Shown here: one piece after another, positions 11,101-20,480 of the stretch | Layout: each line of letters begins with the position of its first letter | Position numbering within the stretch: position 1 is the first letter of the stretch | Origin: Candidatus Hydrothermales bacterium | Lineage (GTDB): Bacteria; Hydrothermota; Hydrothermia; Hydrothermales; JAJRUZ01 | NCBI GenBank assembly: GCA_039630575.1 | Contig: JBCNUW010000002.1 | Location: 6,529-70,528, forward strand | Direction of reading: 5' to 3' | DNA length: 64,000 nt | Made by a program: the position numbers and the translations under genes | Notes under the pieces: model-generated | Told to the model about the DNA's origin: nothing | Seen by the model: only the letters and a program-made list of their open reading frames with translations | Databases searched by the model: none

Positions 11101-11227
11101 TTCCGTTATAATTTTGATCCCCTGGTCTTAAAGCGTAAAAGCCGTTATCTCCAAAATGTTGATTGCCGTGATGGACAAAGGCAACCTTTGCTGTTCCACT
11201 AAATAAAAAAATTAATATTAAAACCAT
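8141..11227 (-). CDS. Giant secreted GH57-like glycoside hydrolase with beta-rich C-terminal region and T9SS C-terminal sorting domain
   Basis: The 1028 aa product has a signal peptide. 'VIWIPERV' matches GH57 region III (W-x-x-E-R-V, nucleophile Glu). 'YGDDWEKAAG' matches region IV (HDDGEKFG-like, acid/base Asp). The N-terminal 'FVHHGNQHF' is a divergent region I. The C-terminus 'KIYDITGRKIFEKKFFDKKIQIPKTESGIYFIRIEKEKGEVQVFKIIRLTN' is a T9SS CTD. Confidence 0.6.
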   Translation of the reverse strand: MVLILIFLFSGTAKVAFVHHGNQHFGDNGFYALRPGDQNYNGNSYHRVLDSHFYYNIPVDIHISGTLTSSYAFFLNDRGLLSRLESDLVDIVGSVYGQNILPYAAREINKFGFIIKRIQDDSLIKGEGWPDHPTVIWIPERVFKSKNLMPYSLVALLDSIYGKKDSWGRHVSPCILLDDNVHEWYSHTFPDGTPCYNSHKVHQMIEDGHRVFIIFIQKHARDFWVWNYVPNTFLYTHFQDLANSWDQEQICVYGDDWEKAAGVAGWDFGYAGAPSNSYDANIAWLSSARNEGWMQPIHVAEAAKWWGVDRIYDQNPYNDPPTIYINYSAYHELHGWTGGNYDNWYNHFKSVKAYGTDHDAPDINLNGIKGDYEDLWLFSWNSLKNLQSSNLKILGFLTLNSLLYETAWHSGPGGELVFWGRNLWNHTGKANIFAYASNWLYSTRSVFKDSADIDGDGFMEYVIGTDVFLAVFERIGGKMVFLCDSSGSVYIGNFFTYWQGEGDHSDYNHSGFGEDAFFENNLYNLYSFYSDTGNAFISFESQGILKTYSFKRGKNFIKLTYSSPYIIWSKAVFSPDLYYLIFNYYNLDFENDISPNGWMYGGFRNRKSGRGVFILWESGIGLKFNLISRVFAGEKVEIGNISGNFNIYLYAGRGVPDLPFIGPGDREGPLLFDLQRNPVYNITSSDSVTVKIKAIDPSGVDSVILYWTNNNWINIFKTLMKKDSSYTYKGIISPHPNGTKIIYTIYAKDSSYNISWLNRNDSFIVGKLNFVMDGKLDPGVPLIAENPQMHLWGFYDRDSGRLYIATEAAGNSNDRFNNDHFIFISFNPYKKIVKSPWAKKDSVGFYNFFLADENDNSFISFFDSLENIVNDTFNFKFKAFSSDTGIMEGVIYLRNLLGSDPDSIYLAVGTYKTFNEGSLEWQVPRWRILNLRIEPVEFILMKILMIEEKYEKKESKFFINTINPKYFFNFYDKDLNLKIYDITGRKIFEKKFFDKKIQIPKTESGIYFIRIEKEKGEVQVFKIIRLTN

Positions 11228-12546
11228 ATCTTAACCCTTAATCTTATTATATCATAAATTTTTTGAAATTGAGAATCAGAAAAATCAATATCATTGACAA
11301 GGTCAAAATCTGTTACATAACCTTCACCATATTCAAGGTAAAGTTCTTTTCCTGAACTTATGTAGCCTATTTGCAAAAAAGCACTTTCCCATGTAGCAAA
11401 ATCACTCCTCCCCTGCGCAGCTCTAAAATAAAAATAGAAATTCCTTTTTAAGTTTATTTTACCCTCTACACCAAAGAGAACTCTTTCACCTATTGAATAG
11501 GGACTATTATGAACTCCTATGTCCTTAATTTTAAGCTGTACTTTTAAAAGATAGTTAATTTCTTCCTTTTTTAACTCAAAAAATAAATTTCTCCAAGTCT
11601 CTCTTATTTCATCTACAATTTCGTAAAATGTTTTAAAGGAATAGCCATTTATAAATTCTATATAAATTTCACTTTGCGAAAATAAAAAATTGAAAGGTTT
11701 TTCGTAATATTTACCGTAAAGATTTTTTGTTCTATAAAAATCAAACTTTTCAGTTAAAGTTATGGATTTGTATGGGAAAAAGAAGTTTATTTCACCTTTA
11801 AATCCTTTTTTTCCCCATTCTTTACCTATATATGAGAATCGGTTTGAAAAGGGTGTTCTGAAGCTGTCATCAATAAAGTATTTGGAAAGAACAAACCTAA
11901 AGGGTCCTAAATACATATTTGATACTTCTGTAGCAAAAGCGCTACCTTTTAAAATATTTGAATACTCAAAGGTTAAAAATCCTTGAAAAATGCCAAATCT
12001 TAAAAAGATATCGTACAGTTCATAGATTTTATTTTCATAAAAATTTTTCTTATTTGCGTAAATAATTTGGTTTTCACCAAATTTTTTAAATTTTAAAGAA
12101 AAAATATTTATATCTGAATTTTCAGTTCTTTTTGATTTTGAAAAAAGGTGGTTTACTTCAAAACTTTTTAAAAATTTTAAATTTAACCTTGCTCCCTCAG
12201 ATTTTGCCCCAAAATCATCGTCCCTGATCCTCTCGGGCGAAATTACAAATAAAAGTGGACTTTCAAAAAAGTGCCTATCCTCACGAGCAAAAAAAACAAG
12301 ATATAAGGGCTTATAAAATTCAACATGACCCTGTAAGTATAAAAGCTTACTTCTCTGAAAGGTATTCTCCATCATATAGGAAAGATAAGTATTTATAATT
12401 TCACTGCCATAAAAATACTTAAGTTCAAAATGAGCTCTATAAAAATTTAGTTCCCAATTTACAGGTTTTGACAGCCTTTCAAATTTACTTTCGTTCTCAA
12501 AATAAAAGTTAAGAGAATAAAATGAAAAAATAATAAAACTAATCAT
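11218..12546 (-). CDS. Hypothetical aromatic-rich beta-barrel-like (outer membrane?) protein
   Basis: The 442 aa product has a hydrophobic N-terminus and many alternating Y/F dyads. It is 4-nt coupled to its upstream gene and overlaps the start of the GH57-like gene by 10 nt. Confidence 0.45.
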   Translation of the reverse strand: MISFIIFSFYSLNFYFENESKFERLSKPVNWELNFYRAHFELKYFYGSEIINTYLSYMMENTFQRSKLLYLQGHVEFYKPLYLVFFAREDRHFFESPLLFVISPERIRDDDFGAKSEGARLNLKFLKSFEVNHLFSKSKRTENSDINIFSLKFKKFGENQIIYANKKNFYENKIYELYDIFLRFGIFQGFLTFEYSNILKGSAFATEVSNMYLGPFRFVLSKYFIDDSFRTPFSNRFSYIGKEWGKKGFKGEINFFFPYKSITLTEKFDFYRTKNLYGKYYEKPFNFLFSQSEIYIEFINGYSFKTFYEIVDEIRETWRNLFFELKKEEINYLLKVQLKIKDIGVHNSPYSIGERVLFGVEGKINLKRNFYFYFRAAQGRSDFATWESAFLQIGYISSGKELYLEYGEGYVTDFDLVNDIDFSDSQFQKIYDIIRLRVKIWF

Positions 12547-13250
12547 CTCTTCAATTCGAAAGTTGCACCTGTCGATAAACCAAGATAAGAGTTATTCTCA
12601 AGGGATATCATAAAGGCTCTATCTTCAAAGGAAAGTCCAATTCCAGTGTTTGTAAAATTTTCTGAAAAAGATAAAAATATAGAAATTGGCTTTAAAAAAA
12701 GGTAAAATCCAGTTTTATAAATTTCACTTTCTTTTGAAATAAAAATATTAAATTTCTCAATTGGTGAGTAATTTAAACAAATGTGATAATCTTTTGATTC
12801 AAAAGAGTTTAAAATATGTCTAATATTAAAAGATAATACTAAACTGCCTTTGACAAAAGAACTTCCAACATCAAAATCAAAAGATGCTTTGTTTTTAAAA
12901 GATGAGTTAAGTAAAAGATAGTTTAATGAAGTTGATAAAGCAAAACTTCTAATTTTCTTTGCAAAACCTAATAAAAATTCTGTTTCTGAATAATTTTTAA
13001 GTTTCTTTTGAAAGATGGTAAGAAAGGCAAATTTTTTAAAAGATAAGGAAAAATGCACTTCATTCCATTCTTTTATACTGTAAGGATTTCTGTAATCAAA
13101 ATAAAAAAGGAAATTTCTATCAAAAAAAGATATAAGGGAAGGATAAAAAGAAGTTGACGAGAAAAAGTTAAGATCAGCTGAACCAGTGAGTCTCAAAAAT
13201 GAAGAGGGTTTAAAATCAAATAGAGCATAGAAAAATAATAGAATTATCAT
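12543..13250 (-). CDS. Hypothetical small beta-barrel-like protein
   Basis: The 235 aa product has a hydrophobic N-terminus and amphipathic beta-like segments. It has 4-nt overlaps on both sides. Confidence 0.45.
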   Translation of the reverse strand: MIILLFFYALFDFKPSSFLRLTGSADLNFFSSTSFYPSLISFFDRNFLFYFDYRNPYSIKEWNEVHFSLSFKKFAFLTIFQKKLKNYSETEFLLGFAKKIRSFALSTSLNYLLLNSSFKNKASFDFDVGSSFVKGSLVLSFNIRHILNSFESKDYHICLNYSPIEKFNIFISKESEIYKTGFYLFLKPISIFLSFSENFTNTGIGLSFEDRAFMISLENNSYLGLSTGATFELKR

Positions 13251-14221
13251 TTTAAAACTTTTATAACTTTTTTTTCTTTTAATTTTCCTTTTATATCAAG
13301 AAGAAGAATGTATAATCCCTGTTTTTCTATTTTAAAAATAAATTCTTTAAGTTCATCTGCCACAATAAAACCGTTATAAATTTTTTTATAAACTTTTCCA
13401 TCTTCTCTTATAAGAACTAGATCAATATACGAGGTTTGTGATAATTTTATTTGGGCTTTTACACTGTTTCCCTCAAAGATGATTTCTCTGTCAAGGATAA
13501 ACTCCTTTAAGTTTATCCTTTCAAACCACTTTTCCTCTATTTCTGTCTGTTCGAAAGGTTTAATTCCTGAATCTGGTTTTGAGTCAAAATTTTTATCAAT
13601 ATGGATTTTTAGAATTCTTCTTACATGTTCAGGAGGGATCCCGTCAACATCTTCATTGTCTGGTAAAATATCACCAGCACCAGAGTGATCACCTCCAGCT
13701 ATAAAAGAGATTATAACAATACTTGCGTTCTGTTTAAAATTTTCACCAAAAAAAATATTAAATGGAATTTTTGCTTCCAAAATACTATTTTCACCTGATT
13801 TTCCCTTATTGAAAATTTCAATATTTGAAGTCAAATCACTTGTTGATCCGTTAATACTAATTTTTCTAAAACCCCCTTTTAAAAGGTCTCCGTCCCATAG
13901 AGCTATCATAAAGTTGGCACTAAACCCAACAAGTTTTATATTTCTTGGATAAAAGTTAAGATTATCAAGATCCTGTAAACCTTCTTCTCCAACATTAAAG
14001 ATGATTAAAAGTGCATTGTTTTTTACAATATACTCGATACCTAAATATAAGTTACTTTTATCCCATGTTATATAGAGGTCTTTAACTTCATTTTGTAACC
14101 CCCAATAACTGTCGCCAAAATTATCAGAGTAAACTTTTTCATAATCAAGAAAATCACTTAAATCTCCATCTATATTTATGGTGTGATAAGTAAGGTTGAA
14201 AAATAAAAATATAAATAACAT
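13247..14221 (-). CDS. Secreted protein with N-terminal 'IDGDLSDF' module (shared with 3 other proteins in window), possible T9SS-like tail
   Basis: The 324 aa product has a signal peptide, then 'INIDGDLSDFLDYEKVYSDNFGDSYWG'. Its start abuts the stop of the ABC binding-protein gene. Confidence 0.5.
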   Translation of the reverse strand: MLFIFLFFNLTYHTINIDGDLSDFLDYEKVYSDNFGDSYWGLQNEVKDLYITWDKSNLYLGIEYIVKNNALLIIFNVGEEGLQDLDNLNFYPRNIKLVGFSANFMIALWDGDLLKGGFRKISINGSTSDLTSNIEIFNKGKSGENSILEAKIPFNIFFGENFKQNASIVIISFIAGGDHSGAGDILPDNEDVDGIPPEHVRRILKIHIDKNFDSKPDSGIKPFEQTEIEEKWFERINLKEFILDREIIFEGNSVKAQIKLSQTSYIDLVLIREDGKVYKKIYNGFIVADELKEFIFKIEKQGLYILLLDIKGKLKEKKVIKVLK

Positions 14222-15448
14222 TCAGTTTCCTTCTAATAACTTTTTAATTCGATCCTGCAAATTTTTTTGGACTTCTTCAATTTCTTTTTCACCCTTTATA
14301 AATGGGGAGATTTCTTGTATATAGATTCTTTCCACTTCAGGATATTCCGCGACAGGTGCTCTTGGTTTGGTACTTTCTATAGCTTTTATTAAAGTTTCCA
14401 TAATTTTATTTTCTTTGAGGTCTATCATAGAGACTACTTTTTTGTTAACAGGAATTTGACCGAGAGTTTTAGCCCATTTAAGTTGAATTTCTTCGGAAAT
14501 AAGGTATTTAAGAAATTTCATAGCATTTTCTTTGTTTTTTGAATTTTTAAACAATACCATCTGAGTGCCACCAAGTGCTGTGAATGATCCAGCTTTTCCC
14601 TTAGGAATCAAAGCAATTCCAAAGGGAAAGTTTATATCCTTAAGACTTTTTATTTTCCAAGGACCAGAAAAAATCATAGCATATTTTTCATTTATAAAAC
14701 CCATGTCTGGATTAACAGCACCTTCAAGAAAGGCACCGCCTTCAACTTTATGTTTTAAATAAATATCTCTTTTGAAAATCAGTGCTTCTTTAAAAGCTTC
14801 ATCAAGAAAAAGTGGGTTACCTTGTTTATCAAAGACTTCAGAACCAAAGGTATAAAAAAATGGAAGGTCCCACCATAAAGTATTTCTCATTCCAAACCCG
14901 TATATTCCTCTTTTTAAATCTGTCAACTTTTTTGAATATTCGAGGAATTCTTCCCAAGTGGAAGGGGGTTTTAAGCTATCAAGTCCTTTTTCTGCAAACA
15001 ATTTTTTGTTATAAAAAAGTAGTATGCATGTTACCTGATCTGGTATCCCATAGAGCTTTCCATTATAATAAGAGGATTTCAAAGGAGCTTCGTATAAATC
15101 TTTTAAAATATCAACAAAGTAATTTGTATCAAGTTCTGCAAGTATACCTTTTTTAGCAAGAAGATAAACTTGAGCTATATCAAGTCTTGAAATATCTGGG
15201 TTTTGTCCAGCTATTACAGAGGTTAGTATTTTCTCGAGCATTCCTTCAAAGGGTACTCTTTGAACATTAATCTTTATATTGTGAGATTTTGTAAATTCTT
15301 TTACTATTTCATTAAAAACTCGGAATTCTTCGTCATTATAGGAAACCCATACTGTAAGTCCCCTTTTAAAATCTTCTTTACAGAAAGCAAAAAAGGTTAT
15401 AAAGAGAATAAATAGAAAAAATTTTTTCATATCTTTATTATAAAGCAA
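14222..15448 (-). CDS. ABC transporter solute-binding lipoprotein, family 1 (maltodextrin/oligosaccharide-type)
   Basis: The 408 aa product has a lipobox 'FFAFC'. 'GLTVWVSYNDEEFRVFNEIVKEFTKSHNIKINVQRVPFEGMLEKI' is typical of SBP_bac_1. Confidence 0.8.
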   Translation of the reverse strand: MLYNKDMKKFFLFILFITFFAFCKEDFKRGLTVWVSYNDEEFRVFNEIVKEFTKSHNIKINVQRVPFEGMLEKILTSVIAGQNPDISRLDIAQVYLLAKKGILAELDTNYFVDILKDLYEAPLKSSYYNGKLYGIPDQVTCILLFYNKKLFAEKGLDSLKPPSTWEEFLEYSKKLTDLKRGIYGFGMRNTLWWDLPFFYTFGSEVFDKQGNPLFLDEAFKEALIFKRDIYLKHKVEGGAFLEGAVNPDMGFINEKYAMIFSGPWKIKSLKDINFPFGIALIPKGKAGSFTALGGTQMVLFKNSKNKENAMKFLKYLISEEIQLKWAKTLGQIPVNKKVVSMIDLKENKIMETLIKAIESTKPRAPVAEYPEVERIYIQEISPFIKGEKEIEEVQKNLQDRIKKLLEGN

Positions 15449-15469
15449 TATTTTTTTTATAATAAAAAC

Positions 15470-16780
15470 ATGGTTGAGAAAATTTTAAAAAAAATCAAAA
15501 ATAAGGAAATAAAAATTGGTGTTATAGGGCTTGGTTATGTTGGTCTTCCATTAAGTGAGCTTTTTCTTAAAAAGGGTTTTAAAGTTCTTGGATACGATGT
15601 CTCTGAAGAAAAAATTGTTAATTTTCAAAAAGGACAATTTGAAATAGAGGATGTAAATACAGTTTTTCTTAGTGAAAAAATTAAGTCAAAAGAATTTATC
15701 GTAAGTAGTAAAGAGGAAATAATAAATGAAATGGAAGCAATTTTTATATGTGTGCCCACACCTGTTACAAAAGAAAGGGTTCCTGATCTTTCTTATGTAA
15801 TTACGGCTGCTAATTCTATCAAACGAAACATGAAAGAGGGTCAAATTATTGTATTGAAATCAACTACTTTTCCTGAGACAACTGAGAAAATTTTACTTCC
15901 AATTTTTGAGGATAAAGATTTCAAAGTAGGAAAGAACTTTTATCTTGGTTTTGTACCAGAGAGAGTAAATCCTGGTGATAAGGTATTTACAATTGATAAG
16001 ATTCCTGTAGTTACAAGTGGTGTTACAAAAAATTGTTTAAAGTTAATAAATGCCATATACAATGAGATTGTTCCATCTATTTTTCCAGTTTCCTCTCCGA
16101 AAATAGCAGAGATGAGTAAAATTTATGAAAATATATTTAGAAATGTAAACATAGCGCTTTCTAATCAGATGGCAGTTTTATGTGATAGGATGGGAATTGA
16201 TATATGGGAAGTAATTGAGGCAGCGAAAACAAAACCCTTTGGTTTCATGCCTTTTTATCCTGGACCAGGTGTTGGAGGACATTGTATACCTGTTGATCCC
16301 TATTATCTTTCCTTTAAGGCAAAGGAATATGATATGGAACTTGATTTTATAACTCTTGCTGCCAAAGTAAACGATGAAATGCCTTACTATGTTGTAGAAA
16401 GAATTATAAGGATTTTAAATAAAGAGAGAATTTTGCCTCCTGAGTCAAAAATACTTATTTTAGGTGTCGCCTTTAAAAAAGACATAAAGGATATAAGACA
16501 TTCTCCTGCAATAAAGATTATCTCTATTTTGGTCAATTTAGTAAAGAAAGTTGAATATATTGATCCACATGTACCTGAAATTAAGGAATTAAATAAAAAG
16601 AGCTTGAAATATAAAAGTGATATTTTTAAATTATTTGATCTTGTTGTTATATTGACAGATCATTCTGATTTTCCTTATGAAGAAATATACGAAAATTCAA
16701 AACTTATATTTGATACAAGAGGAGTTTATAAGGTAAAAAGTAAAAAAATTTATAAACTCGGAGAGGGAAAAAAAATTTAG
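15470..16780 (+). CDS. Nucleotide-sugar dehydrogenase (UDP-glucose/GDP-mannose dehydrogenase family)
   Basis: The 436 aa product has the Rossmann motif 'IGVIGLGYVGLPL' and the catalytic-Cys motif 'GVGGHCIPVDP'. Confidence 0.8.
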   Translation: MVEKILKKIKNKEIKIGVIGLGYVGLPLSELFLKKGFKVLGYDVSEEKIVNFQKGQFEIEDVNTVFLSEKIKSKEFIVSSKEEIINEMEAIFICVPTPVTKERVPDLSYVITAANSIKRNMKEGQIIVLKSTTFPETTEKILLPIFEDKDFKVGKNFYLGFVPERVNPGDKVFTIDKIPVVTSGVTKNCLKLINAIYNEIVPSIFPVSSPKIAEMSKIYENIFRNVNIALSNQMAVLCDRMGIDIWEVIEAAKTKPFGFMPFYPGPGVGGHCIPVDPYYLSFKAKEYDMELDFITLAAKVNDEMPYYVVERIIRILNKERILPPESKILILGVAFKKDIKDIRHSPAIKIISILVNLVKKVEYIDPHVPEIKELNKKSLKYKSDIFKLFDLVVILTDHSDFPYEEIYENSKLIFDTRGVYKVKSKKIYKLGEGKKI

Positions 16781-16814
16781 TTTATCTTTATAATTTAAAA
16801 AAGGAGGAAATAAA

Positions 16815-18800
16815 ATGAAACTCTTAGCCTTTTTTGTTATACTTCATTATATAAACGTAGATGGAAATCCAAGCGATTGGATAGGAACACCTCCGAGTTT
16901 GGTTCATGATTTTACATTTTCTGGAGGTGAATTTATATATAAAGGTGATTTTAACGATTTTAGAACAGATTTAGGCAATACTTTGTATCTTGACATCACC
17001 GAATTCAGGTTAACATGTGATAATACTTGGATTTACTTTTTGATAAAGTTTAACGATATTGGTCCTTTTGATAGGGATTTAATTCATATTGAAATTTCAT
17101 TAGGAAATCCTAATGATCCAACAAGATATGAGTGGATAGGTGATGATGCACAACTTGGTCTTACCCGTAGGGCTTTAGCCGATAGGATCATAGCCCTTCA
17201 TTCCACAACCCCTTCAAATTTTAACATAGAAATGTGGGATGGAGGGGTTTGGTATGCACCTCCTACTCCTGGGTATCTTGCAGTTGTGAGTGATATTTAT
17301 AACTGTGTTGAAGCAAGAATATCTCTTAATGATGTTGCTGATGGATCTTTAATTTTGCCCTCAGTAATAAGAATTTCACTTGTAAGTTTTAAAAACAACG
17401 TAGGTTGGAATAACGATATTGATGCAACAGCTGACATAGGGGGTATTCCGATTAATGATGGAATTGATGTTATGGGAGGTAAAAAGGGAGTATCAGAGAA
17501 TGCTTGGTTTAGGGATTTAAGTGATAATTTGGTAAACAGCTTCTTTGATATTCTATTAAAGAGAAATGGTGATGCCCGTAATTTTAAAAGAATTGTAGAT
17601 GGTTCTCCTACAGACTGGATAGGTTCTCTTCCTTCACAAATTCATGAAGTTATATATTCAAAGAGAGAGTGGATCTATAGAGGCGATATAGGTGATATGA
17701 GAGAGGATCCACATGTTCCTGATGATTCGGTTTTTGATTTGAAAGAATTAAGATTAACTGTTGATAGTGTAAATCTATATATACTTGCCAAGTTTCATAA
17801 AATGGATTTTCAGGAGACCCAGATAGCTCTTTCTGTTGATAAAGACCAAAATCAGGGAGATGACCTTTTGAAAATTAACGGTGATGATACAGGAACTAAC
17901 CTTTCTCAAAGTATCCAATATTCTGAAAGAGAAGTTATTTTAACAGCTGATTCGGTGAATCATGCTGAGATTTTCCTATTTGCTGATGATGGTTCATTGT
18001 GGTATACCCCAGTTTCACCATATAGAATTGTAATTGATCCTATTAATAAAACTATTGAAGGAAGAATTTTACTTTCTGATTTAAGCTTAAAGCCTAATGA
18101 TACAATAATTTTATCAGGTGCAAGCTATGATGCAAATGTTCAGGGTATTGGCAACAGTCCTAATGGTTCTGATAATCCTGCAACTCCGCAGATTGAGGAG
18201 GGAGATATGAGTGTTGACTACATGGTTTGTGATGCCTTAGATGTGATTGGTGGGAATGTGGGAGTTTCTCAAAATTCTTGGATTAGAGATTTACAAGATG
18301 GGGATTTAGATTTTTATTATACTGTTTATTTACAAAATATCTTGCAGCCACTTGGTTTTTTTGAGGAGTTTGTTGTTTTTGAAAATAAGGAATATGGAAT
18401 ACTGATAAGGTATAGTATTGATACAGAGGATGAAATTGAAATTCTTAAAAAGCAAGAAAATGGTGAGTATTATAGGATTTTTAGTTCAAAACAGAAAGAT
18501 GGAGTGTATTTAGATAAGGACGTTATTCCCTCAAAAGTGTACTTTTATTTATTAAAATCAGGGGATAAAATTTTTGGTCCTTATAAAGTTATTTATCAAA
18601 GAGTTTATGAGAAAGCTTTAAAGATTTATAATTTTGATTTTATATATTTACCTGAGATGAAAAATTTAATTATATTTGATGTAGGAGGTAGAGGAAGGTT
18701 GATGGTTGGAGAGAAGAAAGTGAGGCTTTATGATTTTAGAAATGGCGTTTATTTTATAAGGGATAGGGATAAAACATATAAGGTTTTGAAAGTGAGATGA
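16815..18800 (+). CDS. Secreted protein with internally duplicated 'VDG(N/S)P(S/T)DWIG' module and T9SS-like C-terminal tail (hypothetical)
   Basis: The 661 aa product has a signal peptide. It carries two ~250 aa repeats starting '[32 protein letters not shown]' and '[32 protein letters not shown]'. An RBS 'AAAGGAGGAAATAAA' precedes the ATG. The C-terminus is '[26 protein letters not shown]'. Confidence 0.55.
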   Translation: MKLLAFFVILHYINVDGNPSDWIGTPPSLVHDFTFSGGEFIYKGDFNDFRTDLGNTLYLDITEFRLTCDNTWIYFLIKFNDIGPFDRDLIHIEISLGNPNDPTRYEWIGDDAQLGLTRRALADRIIALHSTTPSNFNIEMWDGGVWYAPPTPGYLAVVSDIYNCVEARISLNDVADGSLILPSVIRISLVSFKNNVGWNNDIDATADIGGIPINDGIDVMGGKKGVSENAWFRDLSDNLVNSFFDILLKRNGDARNFKRIVDGSPTDWIGSLPSQIHEVIYSKREWIYRGDIGDMREDPHVPDDSVFDLKELRLTVDSVNLYILAKFHKMDFQETQIALSVDKDQNQGDDLLKINGDDTGTNLSQSIQYSEREVILTADSVNHAEIFLFADDGSLWYTPVSPYRIVIDPINKTIEGRILLSDLSLKPNDTIILSGASYDANVQGIGNSPNGSDNPATPQIEEGDMSVDYMVCDALDVIGGNVGVSQNSWIRDLQDGDLDFYYTVYLQNILQPLGFFEEFVVFENKEYGILIRYSIDTEDEIEILKKQENGEYYRIFSSKQKDGVYLDKDVIPSKVYFYLLKSGDKIFGPYKVIYQRVYEKALKIYNFDFIYLPEMKNLIIFDVGGRGRLMVGEKKVRLYDFRNGVYFIRDRDKTYKVLKVR

Positions 18801-19687
18801 AAGTTTTTTTTCCTTTTTTGTTAGTTATTCCTTTTCTTTTTATATTTCTTATTTTTCTTTTTTTTCCCTTATTTTTTTCCCTTTATTTGAGTTTTTTTAA
18901 AATTGAAGACTTTTATAATCTTTTTGGTTCTTTAAGGTTTGTTGGTTTTGAAAATTTTATTAACTTAATAAAAAATCCTGAGGTTTTATGGTCAATTGTT
19001 GCAAGTTTTATTTACGGAATTTTTTATGTCCCTATACTCTTAACTGTTTCTCTTTTTCTCGCAACTTTACTTTCTCCTCCCCTTTTAAGGCTTAAGAAGT
19101 TATTCAGAACTATTTACTTTTTCCCATTTTTACTGGACACTTTTGTCGTTGGAATTGTTTTAACCTTAATTTTAGCTTTTCCCTACGGATATATTTTTAA
19201 GTTACTTTCTTTGCTTAAAATAAGTGGATTTTTTAAGGAGGGATTTTTATCAGATCCTTATCTTGTGTTTTTAACAGTTTCAATTTCTATGGCTATCAAA
19301 AATTCTGGTTTTGGTATGTTATTAATTCTTGCAGGTATGCAGTCTATTCCAGAATCTTTGTATGAGGCTGCGAAAATTGACGGAGCAAATTCTTTTGAAA
19401 TCTTCAGGCATATTACTTTTCCTTTAATAAAGCCTATTTGTTATTTTATTGGTTTTTTTGGTTTCATTGGTGCTTTTTCTTCCTTTGCTGAATTTTATTC
19501 AATGACAGGGGGTGGTCCACAGATAAAACTTTTAGATTACAGTTTAAGTGAGACAAATGTATCAGGTCTTATTCTTTACAGGTTAGCTTCACAGCTTAAG
19601 TTACCTGAGGCATCAGCTTTTTCACTTATCCTCTTTGTTATCTTTTTATTTATATACTTTTCTACTAAGGGTTTTAAAGAAAAATGA
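18797..19687 (+). CDS. Carbohydrate ABC transporter permease (MalF/UgpA-like)
   Basis: The 296 aa product has 6 TM helices and the EAA loop '[24 protein letters not shown]'. Confidence 0.8.
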   Translation: MKVFFPFLLVIPFLFIFLIFLFFPLFFSLYLSFFKIEDFYNLFGSLRFVGFENFINLIKNPEVLWSIVASFIYGIFYVPILLTVSLFLATLLSPPLLRLKKLFRTIYFFPFLLDTFVVGIVLTLILAFPYGYIFKLLSLLKISGFFKEGFLSDPYLVFLTVSISMAIKNSGFGMLLILAGMQSIPESLYEAAKIDGANSFEIFRHITFPLIKPICYFIGFFGFIGAFSSFAEFYSMTGGGPQIKLLDYSLSETNVSGLILYRLASQLKLPEASAFSLILFVIFLFIYFSTKGFKEK

Positions 19688-20478
19688 AAAGGTATTTACT
19701 CCTTTTATTTTTCTCACTTTTATATATTTTTCCCTTTTACTTTATGCTTCTTGTAGCTTTTAGACCAGAAGTTTTAGCGCTTAGTATGAATCTTTTGCCT
19801 TCAAATCTTACTTTTGAGAATTTTGTTAGAATTTTTAAGTACCATAACTTTGGAAGATACTTTATAAACAGCTTGATAGTTGCTTTTTCAGGAGCTTCTA
19901 TTTCAACCTTTTTAGCATTTATCTGTGCTTATTCCTTTGCAAAAGAGAATTTTCTGTTTAAGGGTTTTTTATATAACCTATTTGTTTCTACACTTCTTGT
20001 TCCAGGTATTCTTTTTATGATTCCTCAATTTCTGATAGTTGTATATTTAAGATGGCTTGATACCTTTTTGGGACTTGTTGTTCCTCATCTTGCTAACGTT
20101 TTTGGTTTCATTTTTTTGACGGAGTATATAAAGAAAATTCCCGATGATTTAATTTATGCAGCAATAATTGATGGGGCTTCTAAAATTAGAATTATATTTA
20201 ATATTATTTTTCCTCTTTCGATGCCTATGCTTCTTACAATTTTTCTTCTAAATTTTCAGTTTCATTGGAACAACTTTTTATGGCAACTTCTTGTAACAAC
20301 CAAAAATAGTATGTTTACAATTCCTGTAGGTCTTAATAGTTTAACCTCAATGTATCAGGAATACTTTGGAGCAAAGATGGCAGGAGCTTCTCTTTCTATA
20401 GTACCTGTTGTTTTACTCTTTTTAATCTTTCAAAGATACTTTATTCAGGGTATAATAAGGGGGGGGCTTAAATTTTAA
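19684..20478 (+). CDS. Carbohydrate ABC transporter permease (MalG/UgpE-like)
   Basis: The 264 aa product has the EAA loop '[23 protein letters not shown]'. It is 4-nt coupled to the upstream permease. Confidence 0.8.
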   Translation: MKRYLLLLFFSLLYIFPFYFMLLVAFRPEVLALSMNLLPSNLTFENFVRIFKYHNFGRYFINSLIVAFSGASISTFLAFICAYSFAKENFLFKGFLYNLFVSTLLVPGILFMIPQFLIVVYLRWLDTFLGLVVPHLANVFGFIFLTEYIKKIPDDLIYAAIIDGASKIRIIFNIIFPLSMPMLLTIFLLNFQFHWNNFLWQLLVTTKNSMFTIPVGLNSLTSMYQEYFGAKMAGASLSIVPVVLLFLIFQRYFIQGIIRGGLKF

Positions 20479-20480
20479 TT

